The notes beneath the pieces are model-generated. The model saw only the letters and a program-made list of their open reading frames with translations, had not been told where the DNA came from and made no database searches. From an uncultured Spirochaetota bacterium (GTDB lineage Bacteria > Spirochaetota > Spirochaetia > Treponematales > Rectinemataceae): a DNA stretch of 64,000 bases. The position numbers and the translations under genes are program-made. Where the stretch lies: positions 2,959-66,958 of the forward strand of contig CAVZVX010000041.1 of NCBI GenBank assembly GCA_963778775.1, given 5' to 3'. Shown here piece after piece: positions 17,985 through 26,317 of this stretch (position 1 is its first letter; each line of letters opens with the position of its first letter).

Positions 17985-18374
17985 ATGGATCGTAGCGAGC
18001 CGCTGAGCGAGGCCGACCGCGAATTGATACGCGGAATCGCCCTGAGGATAAAGGACGCAAACGCGCGCGAGGCGGCACTGGTCGCGCGGCGCCTGCAATC
18101 GGCGAAGGCGGAAGCCCTCGCCTTGGCCCGGCGCCTTGCAGCCGATCCTCAAGTCAGGCGGGTTCTTTTTTTCGGCTCATCGGCGACCGGGCGGAACTTT
18201 CGCCTCGACTCCGATATCGATTTAGCCGTCGAAGGCGGCGATATACTTTCCCACCGCGCAGCCACGGAACGCTCGGCCTTCTCGGTCGACGTCGTCGATA
18301 TTTCCGCATTGCCCGAGCCTCTTAGAAAGGCCATAGAGTTGGAAGGGGAAATCTTATTTGAAAAACGCGCATGA
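17985..18374 (+). CDS. Minimal nucleotidyltransferase (MNT-type antitoxin-like)
   Basis: [26 protein letters not shown] (GS...DxD NTase motif). Overlaps the next ORF by 17 nt. Confidence 0.75.
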   Translation: MDRSEPLSEADRELIRGIALRIKDANAREAALVARRLQSAKAEALALARRLAADPQVRRVLFFGSSATGRNFRLDSDIDLAVEGGDILSHRAATERSAFSVDVVDISALPEPLRKAIELEGEILFEKRA

Positions 18375-18855
18375 CTTTCTGAGGCTGAAGGCCGAGCTGA
18401 CGACCGGTTCCTCGCTGCTGCAAAGCCTGCTCGCAAAGAACCGCAGGGCGACGGAGCGGGCCTCCCTCTCCGACGAGGACGAGTTCGCGTGGGCAGCGGT
18501 AGGCTATACGATTCACAACGTTTATTGCCTCTTCGAGAACTACTTTCTCAGGATATCCAAATTCTTCGAGAACGGACTCGATCCTTCTACCTGGCATGCC
18601 CAGCTCGTGGAGCGCATGACCCTCGAGATTCCGGGCCTCAGGCCCGCGCTCTTCGATCGGGCCTTCGCCCGGCGAATCGACGAGCTCAGGCGCTTTCGTC
18701 ACGCGTTCAGGAATCTTTATCAGACAGAGCTGGACCCCGATAGGGTTCGTATCCTGAACGAGACCCTTCCCCGGCTCGTCGTGGATTTTTCGTCTTTTCA
18801 CGACCGGTTTCAAGCCGCTTTGGACTTTCTGGTACGGGAATTAGGCCCGGTTTAA
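18358..18855 (+). CDS. HEPN-like partner of the MNT (putative toxin)
   Basis: 165-aa all-helical text with DELRRFRHAFRNLY (Arg/His motif resembling, but not exactly matching, Rx4-6H). The call rests on the operonic overlap with the MNT gene. Confidence 0.5.
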   Translation: MKNAHDFLRLKAELTTGSSLLQSLLAKNRRATERASLSDEDEFAWAAVGYTIHNVYCLFENYFLRISKFFENGLDPSTWHAQLVERMTLEIPGLRPALFDRAFARRIDELRRFRHAFRNLYQTELDPDRVRILNETLPRLVVDFSSFHDRFQAALDFLVRELGPV

Positions 18856-18864
18856 GATTTCTCC
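18787..18864. repeat. Direct repeat copy A (78 bp; 3' end of the HEPN-like gene)
   Basis: Aligns to 20557..20634 with about 9 mismatches, counted by eye. Confidence 0.9.
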
Positions 18865-18974
18865 TTATCCTGAATCCGTTCATAGGCCCGCGCAATTTCC
18901 GCTGCGAGGGCAAGATCCTGTCTGATCCTTGAAGATGACTTGTCCGCCTTCCGGATTGTCCCTATAGTTGAATC

Positions 18975-20537
18975 GTGCCGCGTTTTTTCAATACTACCGG
19001 GCCCTGCAACCCGGATGACCACTATATCCTCCCGCCGGAAGCCCGCCTTGTGAGGGCGCAGCTGGATCGCTACATCGAGTCCAAGCTCTACTGGGTGCTG
19101 CATGCGCCTCGTCAGAGCGGCAAGACGACCTTCCTCCAGTCCTGGATGCGGAAGATTAATGCTGAAGGGAAGGCGGTGGCCTGCTACGTGAGCGTGGAGC
19201 GTTGCCAGGACTTTCCTGACGCCGCAGATGCGCTTCCCATGATCTGTGACGCCATCATTTCTTTTGCGAAAAACTTCTTCCCCGCCACACTTGTCCCTCC
19301 CTTTCCCACAGTAAGCCCCGGCAGCATGGTCGACAAAATCCTCGGCGATTGGGCGGCCTTGGTGGCGCCCAAGCCCCTGGTGGTGCTCTTCGACGAGGTG
19401 GACGTGCTGCAGGACCAGGCCTTGGTAAGTTTCCTCCGCCAGCTGCGCGGGGGCTTTGCCATGCGCGGGATCGGGACCTTCCCCGTCAGCGTGGCCCTTG
19501 TAGGGATGCGGGATCTGCGCGACTACCTGGTGCGCAGCAAGGACGGGGTATCGCTCAACCCGGGCAGTCCCTTCAACATCAAGCAGGATTCCGCCACCTT
19601 GAGTTCCTTTTCCGCGGAAGATGTCCGCACCTTGGTGGCTCAGCATACTTCGGAAACCGGGCAGATCTTCACCGATGAGGCCCTGGCTTTGGTCTACGAG
19701 CTCACCCGGGGCCAGCCCTGGTTGGTCAACGCGCTCTTGCAAAAATGCGTCTGGCAACTCTGCCCCAAGGGCGAGAGCGTGGGCATCGAGCAGGTCGAGG
19801 CGGCTCGGGAGCTCCTCATCCAGGAACGGGCGGTGCATCTGGATAGCCTGGCGGAGCGCCTTCGCGATCCAAGGGTCAAGCGGATCGTGCAATCGATCAT
19901 GGTCGGGGAGAGCGATCCCTACCTGGCCGAGGGGGACGATTTTCGCTTGACGCTCGACTTGGGACTAATACGTGTCGAAAACGGAACACCGGTGGTCGCC
20001 AATCCTATCTACCGGGAAACCATCGCGAGGATCCTATCCTACAGCTACCAGTTGGCAATACCCGCTCCGGAGTTCCGCTGGCAAAGGCCCGACGGGAGCC
20101 TGGACATGGAGGCCCTATTCCATGAATTTCAGGATTTCTGGGCCCAACACGCGGATATCTGGGAAGAGAAGGCTGATTACACTGAGGCCTTTCCACACTT
20201 GTTGTTGATGGCATTTTTGCAGCGGGTGGTGAATGGCGGGGGACGGATCGAGCGTGAATATGCCGCTGGACGGGGCCGGGTTGACCTGGCCGTGCTCTAC
20301 AGTGGCCATTGGTCCGTCATCGAGATCAAGCTGGTCAGCCGCCAGGGTCGCGAAAGGACCGTGGCGCAGGGGCTCGAGCAGGTGATGCGCTATCGCGATA
20401 CCATCGACCGAGGCGCCGATGCCTGGCTGGTGGTCTTCGACCGCACCGTGGCGGGTCGCAGGAAGAGTTGGGAGGAGCGCCTGACCTGGGAGCCATGGGA
20501 GACCACCGGCGGGATAGTGACGTTGGTCGGGGGATGA
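18975..20537 (+). CDS. AAA-like ATPase fused to a C-terminal PD-(D/E)XK nuclease-like domain
   Basis: N-terminus FNTTGPCNPDDHYILP. Walker A APRQSGKTT, Walker B VVLFDEVD. C-terminal GRVDLAVLYSGHWSVIEIKL (D...ExK). GTG start. Confidence 0.75.
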   Translation: MPRFFNTTGPCNPDDHYILPPEARLVRAQLDRYIESKLYWVLHAPRQSGKTTFLQSWMRKINAEGKAVACYVSVERCQDFPDAADALPMICDAIISFAKNFFPATLVPPFPTVSPGSMVDKILGDWAALVAPKPLVVLFDEVDVLQDQALVSFLRQLRGGFAMRGIGTFPVSVALVGMRDLRDYLVRSKDGVSLNPGSPFNIKQDSATLSSFSAEDVRTLVAQHTSETGQIFTDEALALVYELTRGQPWLVNALLQKCVWQLCPKGESVGIEQVEAARELLIQERAVHLDSLAERLRDPRVKRIVQSIMVGESDPYLAEGDDFRLTLDLGLIRVENGTPVVANPIYRETIARILSYSYQLAIPAPEFRWQRPDGSLDMEALFHEFQDFWAQHADIWEEKADYTEAFPHLLLMAFLQRVVNGGGRIEREYAAGRGRVDLAVLYSGHWSVIEIKLVSRQGRERTVAQGLEQVMRYRDTIDRGADAWLVVFDRTVAGRRKSWEERLTWEPWETTGGIVTLVGG

Positions 20538-20556
20538 AAGAGGAAGAGGAGAGGAC

Positions 20557-20634
20557 TTTTCGTCTTTTCACGAGCGCTTTCAAGCCGCCTTGGACTTTCT
20601 GGTACGGGAAGTAGGCCAGGCCTGAGATTTCTCC
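20557..20634. repeat. Direct repeat copy B (78 bp; relic of a paralogous HEPN-gene 3' end)
   Basis: In the equivalent frame it reads FSSFHERFQAALDFLVREVGQA-stop, against FSSFHDRFQAALDFLVRELGPV-stop in copy A. Confidence 0.9.
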
Positions 20635-20809
20635 AATATCTAAACAAAATTCGACAAGGAAATACGTCGAGATTGACATACTATCGGGTTTTGTATGCCG
20701 AGGAATAGGTTTTTTCCCTTCGGCAACATGGGTCTAAAACTTAACCCGAAAACGAATTAAATATGATCTGCAATAGGTTACAGCACAACAACTAATTCGG
20801 AAAAAAAAC

Positions 20810-20838
20810 TTGACACCTAAAAATGGGGTGGCTATACT
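20810..20838 (+). promoter_or_regulatory. Sigma-70-type promoter TTGACA-N17-TATACT for the OMP gene
   Basis: TTGACA at 20810..20815 and TATACT at 20833..20838, in an AT-rich region about 70 nt upstream of ATG 20910 (RBS aaggagg). Confidence 0.55.
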
Positions 20839-20909
20839 GCGGTAGAACCTAGGGAAGGGGATCAGTAAGCCGTCGGTTTACCCCCTTTTAGATTGTTAAG
20901 GAGGACTTA

Positions 20910-22117
20910 ATGAAGAAGTTACTAGTTGTGCTTCTCGCCCTCATGGTGATTGGCGTTTTCGCCTTCGCCGATGATGCGATGGCTGCGCCTGCCGCCCCCG
21001 TGGTCACGATCGGTGATTGGGGACGTCAGGTTTTCGCTATCGGTAACACGGACAACAACAGTGGCAGCGGCTACCAAGCTGGCTTGGGAACCTCGTGGGG
21101 TGCGAACCCCCGTATTGTCGGCCTGCAGATTTCGGCCCATAATGACAACGCCGGCTTCGCCATTTCTCCGAGCGCCGACAATGGAACCTTCGGCCTGACC
21201 GATGAGAACAAGGCTTGGATCAGCCCCCTTCCCGGCCTGACGGTTGAGTCCGGTATTACCCTTGAGACCGACACCTGGCGCGGTGTCACGGATTTCGGCT
21301 CCGACGATTGGATCCGTTATCCAGGCATAGCCGTCAGCGGCAATACAACGACCTTCGCCCGCCTCGGTGAGGGTGGCTTCATGACCGACGTGAACTATAA
21401 CAAGGACGGAATTGGTGCGTGGTTCGGCATCCAGAATCAAACCGTCGGCGGCAATAGTTCTGCCACCAATGATCTTCCTGATAGCATCCAGGGCGGCGCC
21501 GCGTACACCATCACCGGTATCGGCATGATCAAGGCTCAGTATCTCGGTAATTTGGTGAGTGGTGCGAATTTCTTGGGGGCTTCTCCTGGTGCAGATATCA
21601 TCAATGCCGCCTTCAATCTGAGCGCTGTCAAGGGTCTGTATGAGGAAGTCGCCATCGTTTATCCCCTCCAGGACAGGGGCTATACGATCGGGATTGCCGA
21701 CGACATCAGCTACGCTTTTGCTCCGCTCACGCTCCATGGCAGAGTCGAAGCCGTCAGTTTCGATTCCAACGCTCCCACTCTTATTGCCTCTGATTTGGGT
21801 CTCGTAGTCTCCGTCGGTGCAGACTATGACGTAGGCAATGGCGTAACCGCGGGTGCCTCTTTTGATTATTCCAACGCGACGCAGGAAACTGCTGCTTGGG
21901 GTTATGGCCTTCCAGCTGTTATTACCGCGACTACTGTGATCCCCCCCAGCCCGGCGCCCTCACCGGTGTTTTAGTTGACATAAAGAAGAGCTTCAGCAAC
22001 GGTTATATCGGTATCGGCTTCCAGTACAGCACTATTGGGCTTAATGGTCCTGACTTTTCTGTGTCCAATGCGTATTCCCACTGGGCTATCCCGATCGTCC
22101 TCCAAGAGGGGTTCTGA
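20910..22117 (+). CDS. Outer-membrane beta-barrel/porin-like protein, split by a frameshift in a C7 tract
   Basis: Signal peptide MKKLLVVLLALMVIGVFAFA. The first frame stops at 21974. The second frame continues from the C-run to 22117 and ends ...IVLQEGF (C-terminal Phe typical of OMPs). One extra C would fuse them into 402 aa. Confidence 0.7.
21941..21947. repeat. Homopolymeric C7 tract at the OMP frameshift point
   Basis: gat-ccccccc-agc read directly. C8 would restore the reading frame. Confidence 0.95.
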
Positions 22118-22144
22118 TCACGACTTGACCTAAATGGTCTTGAA

Positions 22145-22172
22145 CCCCTACTCTACGGAGTAGGGGTTTTTT
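22145..22172 (+). terminator. Rho-independent terminator after the OMP gene
   Basis: cccctactc-tacg-gagtagggg followed by tttttt. The T-run abuts the ATG of the next gene. Confidence 0.8.
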
Positions 22173-23039
22173 ATGAAAGTTAGTTTTATTTGTGCGGCAT
22201 TTTTGGTTCTGGTCGGTTGCGCAAGCGCGCCTTCTACCCTGCCGGACCCTTCCCGACAGGCTAATCCCGACCCAGTGCAGGTCAAAGCGGACAAGGAAGT
22301 CTTTGGATTAAGAGTCGACCTATACCGCAACGAGAGTAATGGAGCTGGAATTGTCGACCCCACCAGGAAGGATCCATGGAATTATGCCCTGACCGGTGTC
22401 GACGCGGGCAATGGCCTTTTCCTTGACACCAATGGCAACCTGGCGGTCGATTTGGCCAGACTCTATGCGATCGAGCCGCCATTCCACATCGAAGAGACGG
22501 TCGCCGGTCTCTTTCCCTACAAGATAACCTATCTTTTCCTTGGTTCGAAGTTTCAGCGAAGCGGTGGAGGAAACGATCTTCCTGACCAAGTCGCTATCTT
22601 CTCGGGCGATGAGGTCGATGTGTCGACGAAGAGCTACCAAGGCTCTACCGAAGGCTCTATCTACTCGGACTCTGAGGGTCTTATTTTCAAACCCAGCGGC
22701 ATGCATCTGACCGACCGTGTCGTTCTCAAACAAGTCAGCCCCAACCGCGTCGAACTTGGAGGATTGTTGGGCAACGGGGCCTACATAGCGAAGAACGAGG
22801 ACGATGCAGACCTCACCTCGAAATTCAAACTCGAATTCTACGGCAACGTCCTGAAGATTATGCTAGGGGGCTATATGCTCGGCAACGGTTCGACCTACAG
22901 CTATGTGAGAACGCCCGAAGGCTGCTGGTTCAGCGACCCCCAGGGCAACAGCCACGAAGTCAGCCTTCAGGACGGCACGATTACCGTGCGCAAGAACGGT
23001 AGGGTTGAACGCAGCTACAAGATTCTGCCGACCAACTGA
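22173..23039 (+). CDS. Lipoprotein of unknown function
   Basis: 288-aa ORF with signal peptide and lipobox (FLVLVGC). No recognisable motifs. Lower-GC composition, like its neighbours. Confidence 0.7.
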   Translation: MKVSFICAAFLVLVGCASAPSTLPDPSRQANPDPVQVKADKEVFGLRVDLYRNESNGAGIVDPTRKDPWNYALTGVDAGNGLFLDTNGNLAVDLARLYAIEPPFHIEETVAGLFPYKITYLFLGSKFQRSGGGNDLPDQVAIFSGDEVDVSTKSYQGSTEGSIYSDSEGLIFKPSGMHLTDRVVLKQVSPNRVELGGLLGNGAYIAKNEDDADLTSKFKLEFYGNVLKIMLGGYMLGNGSTYSYVRTPEGCWFSDPQGNSHEVSLQDGTITVRKNGRVERSYKILPTN

Positions 23040-23282
23040 ATGGAAGGGGCGTCGCGTTAGGGCTGTATTCGGTCCACATCGGTACCATATCCAGAAGCCG
23101 CATCCAACGTTTATACGATGTGCGGTATTTCCGTGCGGGGCTAGTACGCTCATACGATGGCGTCATTCTTTGAATAGCAGTGCCTTAAATAGGGAAGCTT
23201 TCTTGTAGTTCGGATTGACAGATACCCGAAGACATGGAAAACTATAAAATGTCCAGCCATAATCCATCCATTCGGAGGAACC

Positions 23283-24299
23283 ATGAAAAAGCGACTTGCG
23301 TTCTCGTTGGCGTTGGTTATTGTGATCATTGCGGCCTTGCCCCTTGCCGCCGACGATGGATCCGTGCTGCCCGCTGGAGTGTTCCGCGCTCGGGCCGTTC
23401 CGGTCTATGCATGGGTGCCCGGTGGCTATGACAATGGCGGGACTTATTCGGCCACTTCAGCCGGAACGACGACGGTTCCCGACCTCGGATTCGCCCTCGA
23501 ATATGGGATTACCGATTGGATCACGGCAGGCCTCCAATGGGCGCCTGGAGTAAACATCAGCTCGAGCATACCCATGGCCGGGGGCGTCGCGGCGGGGAAT
23601 CTTGACGGGCCTGCAAACCTCTTCGCCGGCGTAATGGTGCAAATCGTCGGGCCCAAGGCCCCCGTAGTAAGCGACGTCGTACGAGTATCTGTCGCGCCCG
23701 GTGTCAAGATTCCTCTCGCCGGCTCGGTGGATTACGCGACGCAATATCAGAATTATACGACAGGGAAGGCTTTTATCGCGGAGTATCCGGACATAGAAAC
23801 TTTAGGAATCGGTGGGCGCGCCTGGCTGGACTATATCATCAACAAGAGTTTCTTCCTTGACGTGTATATGCAATTTATCGACTACCCCGGCACGGTCGCG
23901 CTCAAGGATTCCTCCTTGACCGGCTATGGAACGTACGCGGGGTTTGCGCAAAATGGTATTGCATTCAATCCGTCGGTCAACTACGGTTATACCTTACGCT
24001 TTGAAATCGACCCCCATTACAACACCGATATCGCCGATGGGATCAACCTCGCGGTCAACTGTGCCTTCCGCTACGACGGTACCCCCGCCGAAACGTGGAG
24101 CCAGAGCTCGCCTGTCCCAGGCTATGCTCCCTCCCCGAGCTCGACTTTTTTCAGCGCCAACCCTTCCCTGGATGTCTTCTTTTACAAGAGCCCCGTGCCC
24201 TTCGAACTGGACCTCGACTATGGTCAGCCGATCGCCGGCACGAACACCACCCAAGACTATTCGATCGATATGCAGATCAAGGTCTACTTCAAGTTCTAG
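23283..24299 (+). CDS. Outer-membrane beta-barrel protein (unknown family)
   Basis: Signal peptide ...AALPLAA, alternating beta-strand-like text, and a C-terminal KVYFKF aromatic terminus. RBS ggaggaa. Confidence 0.75.
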   Translation: MKKRLAFSLALVIVIIAALPLAADDGSVLPAGVFRARAVPVYAWVPGGYDNGGTYSATSAGTTTVPDLGFALEYGITDWITAGLQWAPGVNISSSIPMAGGVAAGNLDGPANLFAGVMVQIVGPKAPVVSDVVRVSVAPGVKIPLAGSVDYATQYQNYTTGKAFIAEYPDIETLGIGGRAWLDYIINKSFFLDVYMQFIDYPGTVALKDSSLTGYGTYAGFAQNGIAFNPSVNYGYTLRFEIDPHYNTDIADGINLAVNCAFRYDGTPAETWSQSSPVPGYAPSPSSTFFSANPSLDVFFYKSPVPFELDLDYGQPIAGTNTTQDYSIDMQIKVYFKF

Positions 24300-24394
24300 T
24301 CTCAGCTATGCCCGGATCCTTCGCTGGATGGCGAGGGATTCGGGCGTAGTGCGTGAGAAGGTCTTTATACTTGGCGTAAATGCAGAATGTCATT

Positions 24395-24423
24395 TTGACA
24401 TTTTCCTGCTTAGGCGATATTAT
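24395..24423 (+). promoter_or_regulatory. Sigma-70-type promoter TTGACA-N17-TATTAT with flanking/overlapping inverted repeats
   Basis: AATGTCA-ttt-TGACATT overlaps the -35. TGCAGAAT (24381..24388) and ATTCTGCA (24422..24429) bracket the promoter. Lies directly upstream of the AbrB-type antitoxin gene. Confidence 0.55.
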
Positions 24424-24443
24424 TCTGCATAGAGGAGGCCTCT

Positions 24444-24710
24444 ATGCTCGTTTCGATCGATAAACGGGGAAGTGTCGGCATCCCTCAATCCGTTAGAAAG
24501 GCTTTGGATCTCGAGCCGGGAAGCAATCTCGAATTGCAGGTAGAAGATGGCGGCGCTATCGTGCTCAGGCCGGTCGCTGTTTATACGTCAGTCAAGCTTT
24601 CCGAGGCCGGGCTAGGGAAACTCGCTGAGGCTCGCAGAAGCGGAAGCGGCGAACTGCCTGCATGGATGAGAGAAGCGATGGATCATGCCGAAACTGATTC
24701 CATCCAATAA
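24444..24710 (+). CDS. AbrB/SpoVT/MazE-fold antitoxin
   Basis: SVGIPQSVRKALDLEPGSNLELQVEDGGAIVLRPV swapped-hairpin motif. RBS gaggagg. Confidence 0.8.
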   Translation: MLVSIDKRGSVGIPQSVRKALDLEPGSNLELQVEDGGAIVLRPVAVYTSVKLSEAGLGKLAEARRSGSGELPAWMREAMDHAETDSIQ

Positions 24711-24987
24711 ATTCATCGATGACGCGGAGCGGCTTGGAAAGAACGCCGTTCTCCGATCCAAATTAATTAAAGCTCTTGCTCAGCTTGAACGCGACCCAAG
24801 CTATCCTGGATTGAGGATCGAACGCATCGCGAACGACCCGACCGCGTGGTCGGCGAGGATCGACGGAAGATACCGCCTTTCTTTCGATCCCGGCGCTCGA
24901 ATGGAAAATGGCTTTCCCGATTGGAAGACTCCGATCCTGCTCCTCCGCGTTCTCGATTACGGCGATCTATATCGCATGCCGCGCTGA
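24685..24987 (+). CDS. RelE/ParE-superfamily toxin
   Basis: 100-aa ORF overlapping the antitoxin by 26 nt. ...AWSARIDGRYRLSFD...ILLLRVLDYGDLY matches the ParE/RelE pattern from memory. Confidence 0.65.
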   Translation: MPKLIPSNKFIDDAERLGKNAVLRSKLIKALAQLERDPSYPGLRIERIANDPTAWSARIDGRYRLSFDPGARMENGFPDWKTPILLLRVLDYGDLYRMPR

Positions 24988-25160
24988 AGGCTTTCGCGAT
25001 GGATCGCGCAATCCGAAGATATCCATGCCATGGCGCAAATAACCCAATTTTGCTATACTTTTGGAGTGAGCGCCGACACTCGTTGGAACTATAGGCTCGT
25101 AAATCTTGAACAAGACTACAACGAGCCAGTGGGGATGGCTCCTTTCAGGCGGGGCGCAGA

Positions 25161-25550
25161 ATGAAGTCCAGGGCACGGGATTGGCTGGCCCAGGCGAGTG
25201 AGGAGCTTGCGTGGGCAAAAGACGCCTTCAGCGCGAAGCGCTGGGCGTCGGTATGCTTCACCTCTCAGCAAGTCGCCGAGAAAAGCCTGAAAGCCATCGC
25301 CCTCGCTCGGGGCGCTCTTCAGGTGAAGAGTCATTCCACTCGCGAGATCGCCCAAGAGCTCGGCATCGATGGGGACCTGGACGAGAAGGCGCGAATCCTC
25401 GATCAATATTACATCACGACACGGTATCCCGAAGCCTTCGCCACGGGGGCACCCTTCGAGTATTTCGTGGAGAGGCAGGCTCGCGAGGCTCTCGAGTATG
25501 CGATCTCCTTCGTGGATCGAGCGAGGGGCGAGATCGATGTCGGCGAGTAG
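25161..25550 (+). CDS. HEPN-domain protein
   Basis: 129-aa ORF. WLAQASEELAWAKDA...QQVAEKSLKA...YYITTRYPE is typical of classical HEPN (PF05168-like, from memory). Confidence 0.8.
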   Translation: MKSRARDWLAQASEELAWAKDAFSAKRWASVCFTSQQVAEKSLKAIALARGALQVKSHSTREIAQELGIDGDLDEKARILDQYYITTRYPEAFATGAPFEYFVERQAREALEYAISFVDRARGEIDVGE

Positions 25551-25893
25551 GCCGGTAATCGTCTGGAACACGCGCGACCCTCTCTGTGGCAGGACTCCCG
25601 CGGAGTTCAAGGCCGAAGTCAAGCGCCTGCTGACTGGCCGCGTCGAGGCGGCCTATATCTTCGGGTCTTTCGGTACGCCGGAGTTCGGCCGCGACTCCGA
25701 CGTCGACATGATGCTGGTTGCGAGGACCGACAAGCCCTTTCTGGACCGCGCCCTCGGCTTTCCCGAGCTCTACGAGCTCGCCGCCTCGCTCGACCTCCTC
25801 GTCTATACTCCTGAAGAATTCGGCTCGCTCATAGAAGATCCATCTCCCGGCTTCTGGACGAGCGCGGTGGCGAGCATGCGGCGGATAGTGTAG
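25537..25893 (+). CDS. Minimal nucleotidyltransferase (MNT) partner of the HEPN protein
   Basis: AYIFGSFGTPEFGRDSDVDMMLV NTase motif. ATG 25537 overlaps the HEPN gene by 14 nt. Confidence 0.8.
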   Translation: MSASRPVIVWNTRDPLCGRTPAEFKAEVKRLLTGRVEAAYIFGSFGTPEFGRDSDVDMMLVARTDKPFLDRALGFPELYELAASLDLLVYTPEEFGSLIEDPSPGFWTSAVASMRRIV

Positions 25894-25897
25894 CTTT

Positions 25898-25981
25898 TAC
25901 TGCACGAATCTGTATCCCATGCCCCACACTCTCGATATGGCGCGGGTCCGAAGGGTGGGACTCGTTCTTCTCAATCGATGA
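25898..25981 (-). pseudogene. Relic of an OmpR-type response-regulator 3' end
   Basis: Minus strand reads SSIEKNESHPSDPRHIESVGHGIQIRAV. The intact regulator at 27306 ends LREKIEADPSDPSHIETVWGMGYRFVQ. Nucleotide similarity to 27298..27380 is visible by eye. Confidence 0.55.
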
Positions 25982-25995
25982 CTTGGGAATTGCGG

Positions 25996-26028
25996 GGACC
26001 TTAATAACCAACCGGGTTATTAAGGTCC
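25996..26028. repeat. Perfect 14-bp-stem hairpin GGACCTTAATAACC-aaccg-GGTTATTAAGGTCC
   Basis: Read directly. Sits between the regulator relic and the truncated paralogue fragment. Confidence 0.9.
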
Positions 26029-26031
26029 CAG

Positions 26032-26154
26032 GTGCGTCTCCTTCCCTGGAGGCGCGCGGTGCCGAGGAAAGAGTTTGCCTATCTTCTTGATGCGGAGGAG
26101 GGACTCATACCCCGCAGCTTGCTGCGCACAACGCTTCAAGGTACAGGGGTATGA
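26032..26154 (+). pseudogene. 5' fragment of a paralogue of the 37297..37647 gene
   Basis: VRLLPWRRAVPRKEFAYLLDAEE compared with VRHVSFPWRRAVPRKDFTYFLDGEN. A 35-36-nt near-identical stretch (cgtctccttcc(c)ctggaggcgcgcggtgccgaggaa) is shared with 37313..37349. Homology ends after about 23 codons; stop at 26152. Confidence 0.5.
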
Positions 26155-26269
26155 GGCCCTCCTACAATAAATTACCTTTTTATTGAGGTTAGGGTGACCC
26201 ATTCCTGGGGAGCACCCCCGCCGTCAAGGCGCAGGGGCTTGGGTGGTCACTATTGTGCACAATCCTGCA

Positions 26270-26298
26270 TTGACTGATGTAACCTATTAGGTTAGACT
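26270..26298 (+). promoter_or_regulatory. mqsRA promoter (TTGACT-N17-TAGACT) with embedded MqsA-type palindrome TAACCTATTAGGTTA
   Basis: Palindrome at 26280..26294 lies between the -35 and -10. Its half-sites are the same as the E. coli mqsRA operator ACCT-N-AGGT, as I recall it. Confidence 0.6.
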
Positions 26299-26317
26299 AT
26301 ATGTGAGGGTAAAAACA

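Noticed and set aside
17255-17986. 243-aa Ala/Phe/Leu-rich ORF that resembles a membrane protein.
   Set aside because: It is the antisense reading of the AKKP repeat tail. Its periodicity simply mirrors the plus-strand repeats.
23215-23250. TTGACA box upstream of the second OMP gene, considered as a promoter.
   Set aside because: No acceptable -10 lies at 16-18-bp spacing; the nearest TATAAA is 22 nt away.
24310-24347. Imperfect hairpin after the second OMP gene, considered as a terminator.
   Set aside because: The stem has several mismatches and there is no T-tract. It is not convincing enough to annotate.
25066-25164. 32-codon upstream ORF (VSADTRWNYRLVNLEQDYNEPVGMAPFRRGAE) overlapping the HEPN start by ATGA, directly after a TATACT box.
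   Set aside because: It is too short, has a GTG start with no spacing from any RBS, and has no recognisable motif. It could be a gene remnant or chance.
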